DNA of 64,000 nt. Origin: Lophium mytilinum. Lineage: Eukaryota. The stretch covers positions 591,032-655,031 of the forward strand of contig MU004182.1 of NCBI GenBank assembly GCA_010093605.1, read 5' to 3'. Below the pieces are notes generated by a model, which was not told the origin of the DNA, searched no databases, and saw only the letters and a list, made by a program, of their open reading frames with translations. The translations under genes and the position numbers were made by a program. Every line of letters starts with the position of its first letter. Within the stretch, counting starts at the first letter, position 1. This document shows, piece by piece, positions 47,299-58,597 of the stretch.

Positions 47299-49284
47299 AT
47301 GACCACCGACACAGCACCGTTAGCGGCAGGGAAACCGGACGTGAATGTCCTTGCGCGCAAGTACGCCGAAGAGCGCGATAAACGATATGCAGCACGAGCA
47401 GAACACCAATATCTTTCTTTGCGAGAGATCAAGGACGCCAAATTTGCGAAAGACCCCTTCGTAGACTATGAGCACGCCCGAGCCAATGAGACCGAGATCC
47501 ACGACGGAGAATTTCGGCAGTTTGTCATCATAGGCGCCGGCCACAACGGACTACTCTTTGCAGTTCGCCTGATTGAAGCTGGAATCAGCGCGGACAAGAT
47601 TCTCCTAATCGACAATGCCAGTGGGTATGGAGGAGTGTGGTACTGGAATCGCTATCCCGGCCTGATGTGCGATGTGGAAAGCTACATCTATCTACCGCTC
47701 CTCGAGGAGACTGGCTTTGTTCCCAAACACAGATACTCGTATGGAGAAGAGATTCGGACCAATGCTGAGTCGATTGCCAAGAAGTTTAACCTTCAGACTC
47801 TTTTCACCACGACTGCCACGCGAATGGACTGGGACGATGATTGTGTGGAATGGACGACCCAGGTGACTCGCGATTTTGGCCCGAATGAGGATAAGGTCGA
47901 CCTGAAGATCAAGTCTCAGTTCCTGTTTATTGCAGCTGGGCCCTTGACCGTACCAAAAATGCCCGACGTGCCGGGCTTGGACGAATACCTGGAGGCTGGC
48001 GGGCATATTTTTCACAGCGCTCGCTGGGATTATGAGCTGACGGGGGGTACGCAACAAAATCCGGAAATGACTAAATTAAGAGACAAGAAGGTGGCTGTAG
48101 TTGGCACTGCCGCAACCGCTGTTCAAGTAATTCCTGAAGTGGCCAAGTATGCCGAGAAGCTGTACGTGTGCCAACGGACGCCCTCGTACGTCGGGATTAG
48201 AGGCCAAAAGGAGACTACCCCAGACGAGTGGAAGCGTGTGGCCCGGGGTAAAGGATGGCAAGCAGCTCGAGCTGACAACTTCAATCTGCAGATTTCGAAT
48301 GACCCGGAACCCGAGAACCTTGTCGCCGATGGTTGGACAGAGACTGGAGCAAATGCTGCCTTTCAGGGCGGCAAGGGGAAATATCCCATCGTCACACCAG
48401 AGGTGGTAGAGGACCATGTCGCCTACTTTCAGCAGATGGATGTCGAACAAGCGAACAACAAACGAGCCCTGGTGGACCAAATAGTTGCGGATAAGGCCGT
48501 GGCCGAAAAACTGAAACCTTGGTATGCTGGGTGGTGTAAGCGGCCCGTCTTCAACGATAACTACCTTCCAACGTTCACGAAGCCCAACGTGCAGCTCGTA
48601 GACCTTGACGGCAAAAGTATCGAAAAATTCACAAGCAAGGGGATCGTCGCAAATGGAATCGACTACGACGTTGACATTATTGTTCTTGCTACCGGCTTCG
48701 AGCTTCTGCCCGAAGCGAGCGCATCTACACGGGCAAACGCCCCGATTCGGGGTCGGAATGGTAGACTGCTGGATGACAAGTGGAATTCGTTCGAGTTCGG
48801 CACTCTGCACGGCTACATGACCCATGACTTCCCCAATTTGTTTTTCCAGGGCGTCTTTGGGCAAGCATCATCGTCAAACTTGACTAGGCTATACGATTTC
48901 CAGGCAGAGCATTGTGCCTTTGTAGTGGAGAAGGCGCTCTCATCCGCACCGAAGGGCGAAAAGGCGATTGTCGAAACGTCCAAAGCCGCGGAAGATGAGT
49001 TCGGCCAGGAGCTCTCTAAGCGGGCAATGTTTTTCAGCGCATTGCCGCTCTGTACCCCGGGGTACTTTACGGGAGACGCACAGCTCAAGCCTCCGGCGAC
49101 TTTGGAGGAAGCCGCGCTGATGGCAAAGCGGATCCAATGGCCCGGTGGTGTTACCGATTATGGTAGACTCCTCGGTCGATGGAGGGACGCTGGAGAGTGG
49201 AAAAAGGTGATTTCCGCGAGGTCGGTCGCGCCCACGAACGGTATCGATAAGCTCACAGTTGCTGTTCTTGCTGAAAATATGTGA
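47299..49284 (+). CDS. Type I Baeyer-Villiger monooxygenase (cyclopentadecanone MO / PtlE-like long N-terminus clade), intronless
   Basis: KYAEERDKR N-terminal extension, GAGHNG, GGVWYWNRYPGLMCDVESYIY, GHIFHSARWD fingerprint, QRTPS, LKPWY..WCKRP and CTPGY. Confidence 0.9.
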   Translation: MTTDTAPLAAGKPDVNVLARKYAEERDKRYAARAEHQYLSLREIKDAKFAKDPFVDYEHARANETEIHDGEFRQFVIIGAGHNGLLFAVRLIEAGISADKILLIDNASGYGGVWYWNRYPGLMCDVESYIYLPLLEETGFVPKHRYSYGEEIRTNAESIAKKFNLQTLFTTTATRMDWDDDCVEWTTQVTRDFGPNEDKVDLKIKSQFLFIAAGPLTVPKMPDVPGLDEYLEAGGHIFHSARWDYELTGGTQQNPEMTKLRDKKVAVVGTAATAVQVIPEVAKYAEKLYVCQRTPSYVGIRGQKETTPDEWKRVARGKGWQAARADNFNLQISNDPEPENLVADGWTETGANAAFQGGKGKYPIVTPEVVEDHVAYFQQMDVEQANNKRALVDQIVADKAVAEKLKPWYAGWCKRPVFNDNYLPTFTKPNVQLVDLDGKSIEKFTSKGIVANGIDYDVDIIVLATGFELLPEASASTRANAPIRGRNGRLLDDKWNSFEFGTLHGYMTHDFPNLFFQGVFGQASSSNLTRLYDFQAEHCAFVVEKALSSAPKGEKAIVETSKAAEDEFGQELSKRAMFFSALPLCTPGYFTGDAQLKPPATLEEAALMAKRIQWPGGVTDYGRLLGRWRDAGEWKKVISARSVAPTNGIDKLTVAVLAENM

Positions 49285-49954
49285 TGTAAGGAGCTAAGTC
49301 AGGTGGCCCGCAAAGTAGAAACACAGATAATTTGATAGCATGGCTTATCTAGAGGCGTGTTGGTATCCTTTCTGCCAAGCTGGTGGACTCTCATCCCACT
49401 CAATTCTACGCGGCAGATGAGTTATGATTACTACTTTCAAGCTTCGGGCCGCCGCATCTTCTGTGATATCAAGGAGCTCATGTTAACAGCTACCTTAGCG
49501 AGCCCAGATATACTTACGTATGGCTAGGCCCGATGTTGATTTAGTCGATTCCTCGTTGGGGCCTAGTCCATCCTTAGCGCGCTTGGTAGCGAACCATTCA
49601 GATTCACGTCTAAGGTCGCTAAGGTAATATCGACATGGGTTTGAGGTTAGTTATCCGGCTCTCTTTTTATCCGTACGCTGCTGGCACTGGGCAAGCCATC
49701 GGTAGCGGGTCTTACAAGTACCCACCTACGTTCCCCTGCTCGGGTCATACACTTCTATGCGCGACTGTGGGTTTACAGTGCAATTCACACGTAGATTTAT
49801 GTAATAAATGTACTTAGTTTTCTTTGAACGTGTTCCGAAAAACCGAATCACCTCAATCAATAGTATGGGGTTATTCGAGGTTTTCCTTTCCATCTCTTAG
49901 GATTTCACCACCCTTACTCCGTACGGTCCTGGGCCTGCGGCGACTTTATGGACT

Positions 49955-51809
49955 ATGTCCTTGACTAGGCTGCGGCAGCCCCGACCAATACTCTCTTTCA
50001 AGCGTGTACGGGTACCTGTTGCATTATTTAGGCAAAAACGGAGCGCATCCGGGCAGCCCGTAGGCAATCCCTTTCCATCTCTGCACTGCTCATTGCGGAT
50101 CAGGTCTGACATGGCCATCTTAGTCCTCTCAGGATCTCAAAAGCTATGATGTCGTAGTGGTGGGTTCCGGCTGTGCTGGACTCAGTGCCGCGGTTGTAGC
50201 AGCGAAGTACGGCTTGAAAGTTCTTGTTGCGGAAAAAAGTAACTACTTTGGAGGCACTACCGCATACTCACTTGGTGGAGCATGGATCCCCGTAAACAAA
50301 TACCAGAAGGTACTCGGAATCGAAGACAATGTCCAAAAGGCCGATGGGTACATTCGGCTGGTTCTGGAAGACCTGTACAACGAGAAGAAGGTCAAGGCAT
50401 TTTTGTCCAGCGCTCCAGAAATGGTAGAATGGATGGAGGCCAATTCTGCCATGCAGTTTGCGCCCATGCCTATCCCTGATTATCATGTGGCGAAAGAAGG
50501 AGCTTCTGTTGGCCGAACAGTCTCGGTCGAGGCCTTTGACGGACGACTTCTGGGTCGGCAAACCCTGAGGGATGTGAGATATACTCTCCAGGGCTTTCAT
50601 GCCTTTGGCTCCATGCAAGCTAGACCATGGGATATTCCGATGTTGACCAACCCTTTTGGCAGCTGGAGCAACTTTCACTTTGCGACCAGCAAATTCGTCA
50701 GATACGTGTTTGACGTGCTGCGGTATGGGAAAGGATCCGAGCTGTGCAATGGCAACGCAATCATCGGTCGTTTACTGCACGCTTGCAAAGAAGCCGGTGT
50801 CGACCTGCGCAAGAACTCCCCGGTCCTAAGAACAGTGCTAGACGAGAAGAGAAGGGTTAGCGGTGTTATGATTGGACTGGGTGATAGCGATGCTACGGAG
50901 CAGATACACGTCAATCGGGGCGTGGTACTCGCCAGTGGAGGATTCGGCCGGTCCAAAGACGCCAGGAAATATCTACCTCACGACTGGTCAGCTTGCCCCA
51001 AGCATAACGTGGGCGACGGGAACCGCATCGGCATTGAAAGCGGCGCGGTGATGCCTCCACCAAATCCAGACAACGGAATCTACGCGCCACTTTCTCTGCT
51101 AAGCAAGAAGACAAAAAAGGGCCATCAGGTCTGGCGATATCCGCACTTTTCGCAGGACAGAGCCAAACCAGGGGCGATCATTATCGGACAAGATGGACGC
51201 CGTTTTGCCAACGAATCCAAGCCGTATCAAGAGTTCGTCAGGGACATGCACGCAAAAGGCATCGAAAAGGCATATTTGATCGCCGATCGGCCGTTTCTGC
51301 GCAAGTACGGCATGGGCATGGGCTTGCCCGCACCATATCCCGTTCGACACTTCATTCGAAACGGATATATCATAGAGGCTCCTGATCTTCAGACGCTTGC
51401 CGCCAAGATTGGGGTACCTGTCAACACCTTGTCTCAAACGGTCTCTAACTGCAACAAATATGCCACGGAAGGGAAAGACCCCGAATTTCACCGCGGAGAG
51501 AACGCTTATGATCTGATGCTTGGAGATCCCAACACAGGACTGCCAAATCCAACTCTTGGTCTTTGTGTTAAAGCGCCTTTCTATGCACTGCCACTTTACC
51601 CGGGCAATGTTAGCACTGTATATGGCCTTTCCACGGATGAAAATGCTCAGTGTCTGGATAAAGAGGGCAAGCCGGTCTCAGGTCTCTATGCCGTGGGCCT
51701 CGATCAGAATTCAGTCATGTGTGGGACCTATCCTGGGGGAGGGTCCAGTATTGGGCCAGCAATGACTTTTGGGTATCGCGCGGGAATGCATATAGCTGGG
51801 GAAATATAA
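49955..51809 (+). CDS. KstD-like FAD_binding_2 dehydrogenase with N-terminal mitochondrial-type presequence exon
   Basis: Exon 49955-50059 (MSLTRLRQPRPILSFKRVR...) splices via GTAGGC..CTGAC..AG in frame to YDVVVVGSGCAG. Motifs GGTTAYSLGGAWIP, PDYH, GRRFANE, DPEFHRG and YPGGGSSIGPAMTFGY. Confidence 0.85.
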
Positions 51810-52510
51810 TTTTATAATTTAGGATGCCCCAATGTCCCAGTGGGAACACATAGCGTTCCAAGTCCTACTGATACTGATACATCATGAGAAAGATATGAGA
51901 AGTACCAAATTGAAACTAGCAATATAGTACAAGTGTATATCATCACGTGATGTACCGCTCAAACCGCAGTTTCGAAAGGGCATTTCGAAACCACGTTTCT
52001 GCAAGTAGAGATCCTTCGTTGATATGGCTAGATTGTGTAGAACCGGGGTGAAGCTCGCGATTATCTTCGTAAGGCTGAAAAGTCGCCCAAACAGGCCACT
52101 TTCTTGGAAACGGTGCCTGGCGCTCCAATTCGCTGGCCCGCCACGAGTCCGAAGGTCCGAGCTGGATATGGATGTTAATTCTCTGGGTATTTTGTCGGTT
52201 TCGATGGCAAAATCGGAGGGTCGAAATTCTCCGGGTAATTATCTGGTTTCTTGTTCCGAACAGCCATGGAGGTCGCGATCTTGACTTTGCGAAGCATAGT
52301 ACACCGCCCACGGCAAACAAGTGCGGACAGATGATCGATTTGATACCGAGATTTGAGTGTGGCATTCCAAGTCCCACAAGTCCCGCTCCCAGTTGAACAG
52401 CGTCCTTTGCACGTTCACATCCTACGTGAAAAACATCAGCTTGGCCTGCTCCCAGGTTTGACCAATTCCCGTCACCCATAATCTCACAAGCCTTTCTACC
52501 ATTAAAAGAA

Positions 52511-53434
52511 ATGTCTACTCATCGTTACGCGGCAAAAGGTGCCTTCAAGGGCCGTACAGTCCTCATCACCGGCGGTGGTGGTGCTATTGGTAGAGCCGCT
52601 TCGTTAGCTTTTGCCGACGCAGGTGCAAATGTGGTGGTGAATGATCTTCCAGGCAAGACAGGTGAAGGGCCAGCGGAGCGTACGGTCAAGGAGGTCAAGT
52701 CACGCGGAGGATCAGCTATCGCGGTACCTGGAAGCTCGGCGGAAGGCGAAAAGCTCGTGGACGCTGCGATCAAGGAGTTCGGTCGCATCGATGTCATCGT
52801 GGCCCTTGCAGGTACGCATGCAGCCACGCTGTTCGAAAATCATACCATGGACGACTTCAATCGGGTGCTCGGGGTCAACACTCTTGGGATGATTTCTCCC
52901 GTTCTAGCAGCGTGGCCACACTTCCAGAAGCAAAAATATGGACGTATCGTTATCACCACGTCCGACACCATCTTTGGCACCACAAGACTCACTTCGTATC
53001 TCTTCTCGAGAGGCGCCAACTTCGTCGGGGCTCGCGGGCTTGCGATAGAGGGCGCGGAACACGGCATACTGGTCAACTCGATCGCGCCCGTAGCTGCCTC
53101 CGCCTTGTCTTTCGATTATATCAAGGATATGGAACCTGAAGTAAGGACACAATACGAGGATCAGTTGCGCAGCAAGTTCCCACCGGAAGGGAATGTACCC
53201 ATGATCCTCGCTTTAGCTCATGAGTCAAGCGCAATAACGGGGGAGTCTTTCAGTCTTGGGGCCTATTGTGCGTCAAGGATCGTGCTCGGCTTCCAGGACG
53301 GTGTGACCAATGTGCGTACCATGGAGGAGATTTTTGAACGGAAAGACGAAATACTGGGATCTCCAGACAAGCAGGTCAAAATTCCAACGAGCAGTGACGA
53401 GGAGATGCAGATGCTTCAGCGAGCCCAGTTGTAA
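52511..53434 (+). CDS. SDR related to the peroxisomal MFE-2/17-beta-HSD4 dehydrogenase domain, intronless
   Basis: TGGGGAIG, GANVVVND, AWPHFQKQKYGRIV and GILVNSIAP. Catalytic motif reads YLFSR. Ends -AQL (PTS1-like). Confidence 0.85.
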   Translation: MSTHRYAAKGAFKGRTVLITGGGGAIGRAASLAFADAGANVVVNDLPGKTGEGPAERTVKEVKSRGGSAIAVPGSSAEGEKLVDAAIKEFGRIDVIVALAGTHAATLFENHTMDDFNRVLGVNTLGMISPVLAAWPHFQKQKYGRIVITTSDTIFGTTRLTSYLFSRGANFVGARGLAIEGAEHGILVNSIAPVAASALSFDYIKDMEPEVRTQYEDQLRSKFPPEGNVPMILALAHESSAITGESFSLGAYCASRIVLGFQDGVTNVRTMEEIFERKDEILGSPDKQVKIPTSSDEEMQMLQRAQL

Positions 53435-53621
53435 CAGTGTGCACATAGAGCAGTATCGTTGAATCAACTATTCTTTCCGCCACACTTTTCTATTGTATTG
53501 TCAAGCTTGGAGCTATGAGGTCGTCTAGTAGCCAATGGTTTATCTTTCCAAGGTAGCCCAGTTCGAAGTGGGGAGTGAAAAAAGTTACATCGAGAGAGTC
53601 TTAGCTCAGGATGCCAGATTA

Positions 53622-53960
53622 TCATCCTGGCGAGGCAAAGTGAAATTGATCGACATCCCTAGTCATAATAGTGAAGAAGTAGGCGCGAGCAGTTCTTGAC
53701 GTGCAATAGGTATAAGTGTCGCCCACGTGGGAAAGCGCGATTACGCAGGCTACATCTACAATAGAATAGTGCGGGTCTCTTGGCATGGCGTTGATCGCTC
53801 GAACCTGTGCTCTCGTGCAGTAGAGACGCCGTGGATATTGATTCCCATTACTCTCTTCCATAGCTCAATTGTCGCTTCGAGAACATGAGGAGCATTTCTC
53901 GAACTTGTTGCTCGTGTAAGTCTTGCTACGTTCGCGGAAACGTGTACTGGACCGTCTTTG
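53622..53960 (-). pseudogene. Frameshifted SDR fragment
   Basis: LWKRVMGINIHGV in one frame continues in another as YCTRAQVRA..SIVDVA..YTYCTSR..ASPG. This matches SDR W..VM.IN..G, SIVNxxS and YxxSK blocks. No intact N-terminus. Confidence 0.55.
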
Positions 53961-54332
53961 GACCTGGATGATCTTGGTCGAGGGGCGTTGCCGCTAGGAA
54001 ATTGCATGTGATTTGCTACATCTCGTCAGTTCTGTTAAATTAAGCTACACCGTTCTCTTTACTTGGACGCGAGCCAAAAAATTCGGATAAGCCCGGAATA
54101 CCGAGGATTTATCCGGCAGCCTCGTGGCTCCTCGCCAACCTCTCACAGTGACGGATAAAGTTCTATGTAACAAGGAGGTCCCGGGCGAACAAAAACCACT
54201 GCGATATTCTATAGAGTACAAAACCTGTCAGTCGCACAAACCGAAGAAACCATAGCTCCAAGTCCATACCTCCAGAACGCAACACTATCGTGGAACAAAA
54301 ATCTTTCAATTTCACAACCCAATCAGCCCACA

Positions 54333-55163
54333 ATGCTGCATAGCTTGAAATTCGAGGAATACAAGGATGCCTTTCGCTATCTCACTCTCCGACGAGAAAA
54401 TGGTATCCTCGAGGTTAGAATGCATTACAATGACGGTCCAGCCAAATGGTCGGGATATGATGTGTCTCTGCACTCAGAACTTCCGGAGCTGTTTCAATGC
54501 GTCACCAAGGACCCTGAAAACAAAATTATGATCTTTACCGGCACCGGACACGAGTTCCTCGCGGAATGGGATCGAACCGATGAGACTGAGGTCCTTGTCT
54601 CACCACAACAATGGCATCGACTTTACAAGGATGGGAAAGAGCTCATTCACTGGTTCTTGGACATTGAAATCCCCATCATTGCCGCGGTGAATGGAAAGTG
54701 TTTCATTCATCCTGAGCTACCAACTCTCTGTGACGTTGTGATTGCCTCAGAGACTTCGGTTTTTGCGGACAAAGCACACTTGACGGACACCCGGGCCGTT
54801 CCTGGAGATGGATCACACGTTTGGTGGCCGATGCTGCTTGGACCCAATCGCGGCCGCTCATTTCTCATTCTCGGAGAAGAGATCCCAGCAGCAGAAGCAA
54901 AGACACTCGGGTTTGTGGCTGAAGTTGTCCCCCAGGATGCTGTGTTGGATCGTGCTTGGGAAATTGCTCGCACACTCATCACCCACGACCCTCTGGTGCT
55001 GAAGTACACCCGGATCTCCCTGACCCAGCATATGAAACGGCGGTTCCTCGACGACCTAGGCTACGGCTTGGCACTTGAAGGATTGGGCATTTTGTCTCTG
55101 GCACAGAACGCATCGAAGAGCAAAGGATGGAGCTTTAGCTTACCAAGTGGAACATCGGGATAA
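54333..55163 (+). CDS. 6-oxocamphor hydrolase-like beta-diketone hydrolase (crotonase superfamily), intronless
   Basis: Colinear with Rhodococcus 6-oxocamphor hydrolase as recalled: F.EY...L.R..G.L, W, H.EL, D.ENK..I.TGTG, IE.P.IAAVNG, HPE, D..H, VPGDG.HV.WP..LG.NRGR.FL, RAWE.AR and DL..GLA.E. Confidence 0.85.
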   Translation: MLHSLKFEEYKDAFRYLTLRRENGILEVRMHYNDGPAKWSGYDVSLHSELPELFQCVTKDPENKIMIFTGTGHEFLAEWDRTDETEVLVSPQQWHRLYKDGKELIHWFLDIEIPIIAAVNGKCFIHPELPTLCDVVIASETSVFADKAHLTDTRAVPGDGSHVWWPMLLGPNRGRSFLILGEEIPAAEAKTLGFVAEVVPQDAVLDRAWEIARTLITHDPLVLKYTRISLTQHMKRRFLDDLGYGLALEGLGILSLAQNASKSKGWSFSLPSGTSG

Positions 55164-55649
55164 TGAATACCACTTTGACAAAGCCATTTACATAAGACGG
55201 AAAGATCTGCTGGTTCTCTTGATATCTGTTCCTTTGCTGTTTCATCTTGGTCGAATGACTGTTCCTGGGCACTTGTGTGGGTATTCAGGGTTGTGGGACA
55301 CTATCGACTGACTTTTTTCTTCGCAGCTGCCACCAGCAGCAAATAAAACTGTACATTATGATGGAACATCCTATTTCTCTATAAGCTATGCATATTTCCG
55401 ACACCGTAAACCTACTTGACGAAGGCCCCATGTCCTTTCCAGACTATCCTCGTATCTCATCATTCATCAAGCAAGCGGAGGTAGATCCCCCAGCCTGGTA
55501 ATATAGAGAATTCTCATATTTCATAGGTTTCACGGACGGGAAATTGGCGTTGTCCAATGTTTTCAGTAAACTGCGTTGCCAGTAGGGTATCAGTGAACTG
55601 ATTGCCTTGTTCTTGTCTTCTTCGCTGTACATACTACTCGGCGGCACAT

Positions 55650-56793
55650 CTAAGAGCTTGCGTATAGTTTTTGAAGCACGTCCTTCACCGTCAACGGCTT
55701 AATCTCCGGAAACTCTGCGTTCAGATCCAGACTTCCTTGTTCTGGGTGCAAATTGAACGCTCCTCCATCAAACCATAGACCGAACACCGCGAAAACGAAC
55801 TGGAGTTGCTCCTTGGGGAAATATGGGTAGACTGGGACATGTGCAGGAAGCTCCGTAATCTGTCCCTTCTGAAGTGACTCAATTGAGTCGTACTGGACGT
55901 TGAACTTGACCCCTAGATTATGGCAACAGCTATTAATAAAGGCATCACCCAGGATCTGGAATGGATTCTTCAAGGGCTCTTTCTGGCTTACCTTTGGTCT
56001 TCTCCGCCAGAGCAACGAAATCATTCCAAGTGATTTTGTCACCAATCGTGTAGCTATCAGGCTTCCACTTGGCAATGTCGAGGAGCTTGGAGACATAGCG
56101 AGCGACATCTGTCGTGTGGGTGAATGCGACGGGAGTATTTCCCTCACCCGGGATACCAGCGGTGTTGTTGTTGAGATCGAGCACTATAGTAGTGGGCTGA
56201 AGAAACGACTCTATCTTCGGTATTCCGAAGTAGTCCAAGAAGAAGCCACAGTTGACTCGGGTGTGTTCAAGGGTGGACTTCTTGAGCTTGGACAGCACCT
56301 CAAGTTTCAAGCCGGCTGGTGGAAACAGCTGTCCCTGTCTAACAGCAAAGGCTTCATGAGCACAGGCGGCGTCACTTCACCATAGAGGAAAAAGGTGGCA
56401 AAAGGGCACTCACTCTTCCGTATACGCTATTCCCCAGGAGCTTGGTATGAATCTCTTTGTGTACGAAGAGGCCTCAGCGGCCGAGACCAAGTTGATCTCA
56501 GCTTCGTTGGAGGTGAGCACAGCAAGAGTCGAGATAACAGTCTCGATGCCGTGGGATTTGAGTACATCTTCCAAAGATGCTGTATCCGTATAGTCGACTT
56601 GTACTACAGGAGCGCCTTGTACACTTTCCGCCGACGACTGTGCATTTTATCAGTGCGCCGAACCATGTCTTATCAGGATAGCATTCTATACCTTTCTGCT
56701 CAAGATCACAACCTTTTTCCCATCTGCAACGAGAGCCTGGACAATGGCTCGTCCGATTCCACCAGTGCCACCAGCCACCGCAATGGTCGCCAT
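55650..56793 (-). CDS. NmrA-like/isoflavone-reductase family NAD(P)-binding protein, multi-exon
   Basis: MATIAVAGGTGGIGRAIV start, RFIPSSWG, LEHTRVNCGFFLDY, FTHTTDVARYV and FPEIKPLTVKD. Confidence 0.85.
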
Positions 56794-58597
56794 TTCCGCT
56801 TTGTTTTCTAACTGATCGAGGATGAAATATCTGTATCTCTTTCTCTCACGCTTTCGTTAGTGACTTTGAGTAGGTACTTTCCGAGAGAGGGCGTTTAAAG
56901 CTGCAGTAAATATGGACTTGTTGGCAAGTGAGCAAAATGGCTAGCCTATGGTGTGATTTGCAATACACTCTGTGCCGTTCGAATCTTTTCCTACGCTCGC
57001 CGGCGAATGCTGGGTGCGTCAAGCACCCGCGCGGCCATTTCAGGGTTTCGGGTCGGAAGACACTGTAAAAACCCGTTTGGTGGACCGTATGGCCAGCAAT
57101 GGCGGATGATCATCGTATCACGTGAGTACCACTCCAGTCGCTGCAAGCGCACATGCTAGAGTTGCTGACCCAGATTCTTTTCCCATATGCAGTACCACAG
57201 AAGTGTCACACATAGAAGCTAGTTGAAATCGCGTAACTGGCCAGCCTGATCAGAGTTCTTGGTGTTATAATCTCTTCATCACTCCGACGCATCAACATGC
57301 GTAATATCTTCTTCTTGACGAAAGTCAGTTCCATCGTCCGTGCCGTACTTGGCGTTGAAACGGAGACTTTCAAGCGTTTCAAGTTTTCGTGGATGTATTC
57401 GTCCAATGTACTGACCTCTTCGCCAGAGTGGTAAGTGAGTGTGAGCGATGCTCGTAACCACGACGAAGGACCTGAAAGAGGCTCTCGATGCCGCACTTGA
57501 TGCGTTCAAAACCTAAAGTCAGATTCCACTCGGAAGGAAGGCGTAAATGCACTGGAACAGTTCTCATGCTTGGGTATTTTGTATTTGTGGTTTGCCTACG
57601 ACTCAGCCGGGACTGGCCTGGAAACCTCATTTAACTCCTTTCATAAAGTTCCCGGAAACAAGATATACCTCAAGATTCGCTGATAGTGAAATCAATCGTG
57701 AGTTTGAAGCTACCTAAAAGCAAGTCGAAATGCACCAACGAGAGATCTCTACACTAACGCCAATACGATCGGTGCCGCTTTCACAGATCTCCCTATAAGC
57801 TCTCCTGGGGATCATAGTCACGCCGTCACCTTTCACTCACGCTCTATGCTGTCCATACAACCGTGGATAGATATGATTGAAGCCATGAAGCGTGTTAATG
57901 CCTCCTTGATGGCCCTTGGTGCGAGCGTCTGGTGCAAGGACATAAAACGAGCGAATGGGAAGGCCAGTCAATTGAATGCAGGATACTTTTTCATTAATCG
58001 CGCGGAAACGCTGAAGATTCGTGCTCCCTTTGGCGAGTTCAAAACAATCAAAGCTCATGGCAGCGAATAACCCAATTTTTGGGGAAACAGAGCCTAGACG
58101 AGATTGCGAAGATCGATAACGAGCTTAGGTTTTTCCAAGCTGGACGAGAGAAAGTCAAGAGTGACCTTGCGCGTACTCCTAGCTGGCGCTGTGAGTTCTT
58201 GATTGGGAACTGAGTAGCTGTACCAATTTTTTCCGAACAATCCGTTCATGTTCGTCCATCCGGCTCGATAGGCGCAATGCCGTGCCGAGAAATCTGACCC
58301 TTGTCCACCACTGGCATCGTCTTCGCAACAGCTCATCCGGCTTCGGCACATGTTCCGGCAACTTGCGTTACATCTTGCTGACCAGTGGATGACAAGGTGG
58401 CACCCCGATCTGGTCTCTCCTAGCGTCCCATATGCACTCCGGTCTTACAGTGAAAGGTACTCCGGAGGAAGTTGCATGCAACACTGATAAAACCTCTCAG
58501 GGTGACATTACTACCAGCCTAGAGTTCTGCCACCTGCCTGCTTTCTGGTCTTGTAAGATTGATTCTAGTCGGTATCCATCTTCCTTCTATCAAGAAA

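Noticed and set aside
39443..55163. Bacterial contamination or misassembly explaining the intronless genes
   Set aside because: They are interleaved with intron-rich fungal genes, have no operon spacing, share a promoter motif, and one carries a spliced presequence exon.
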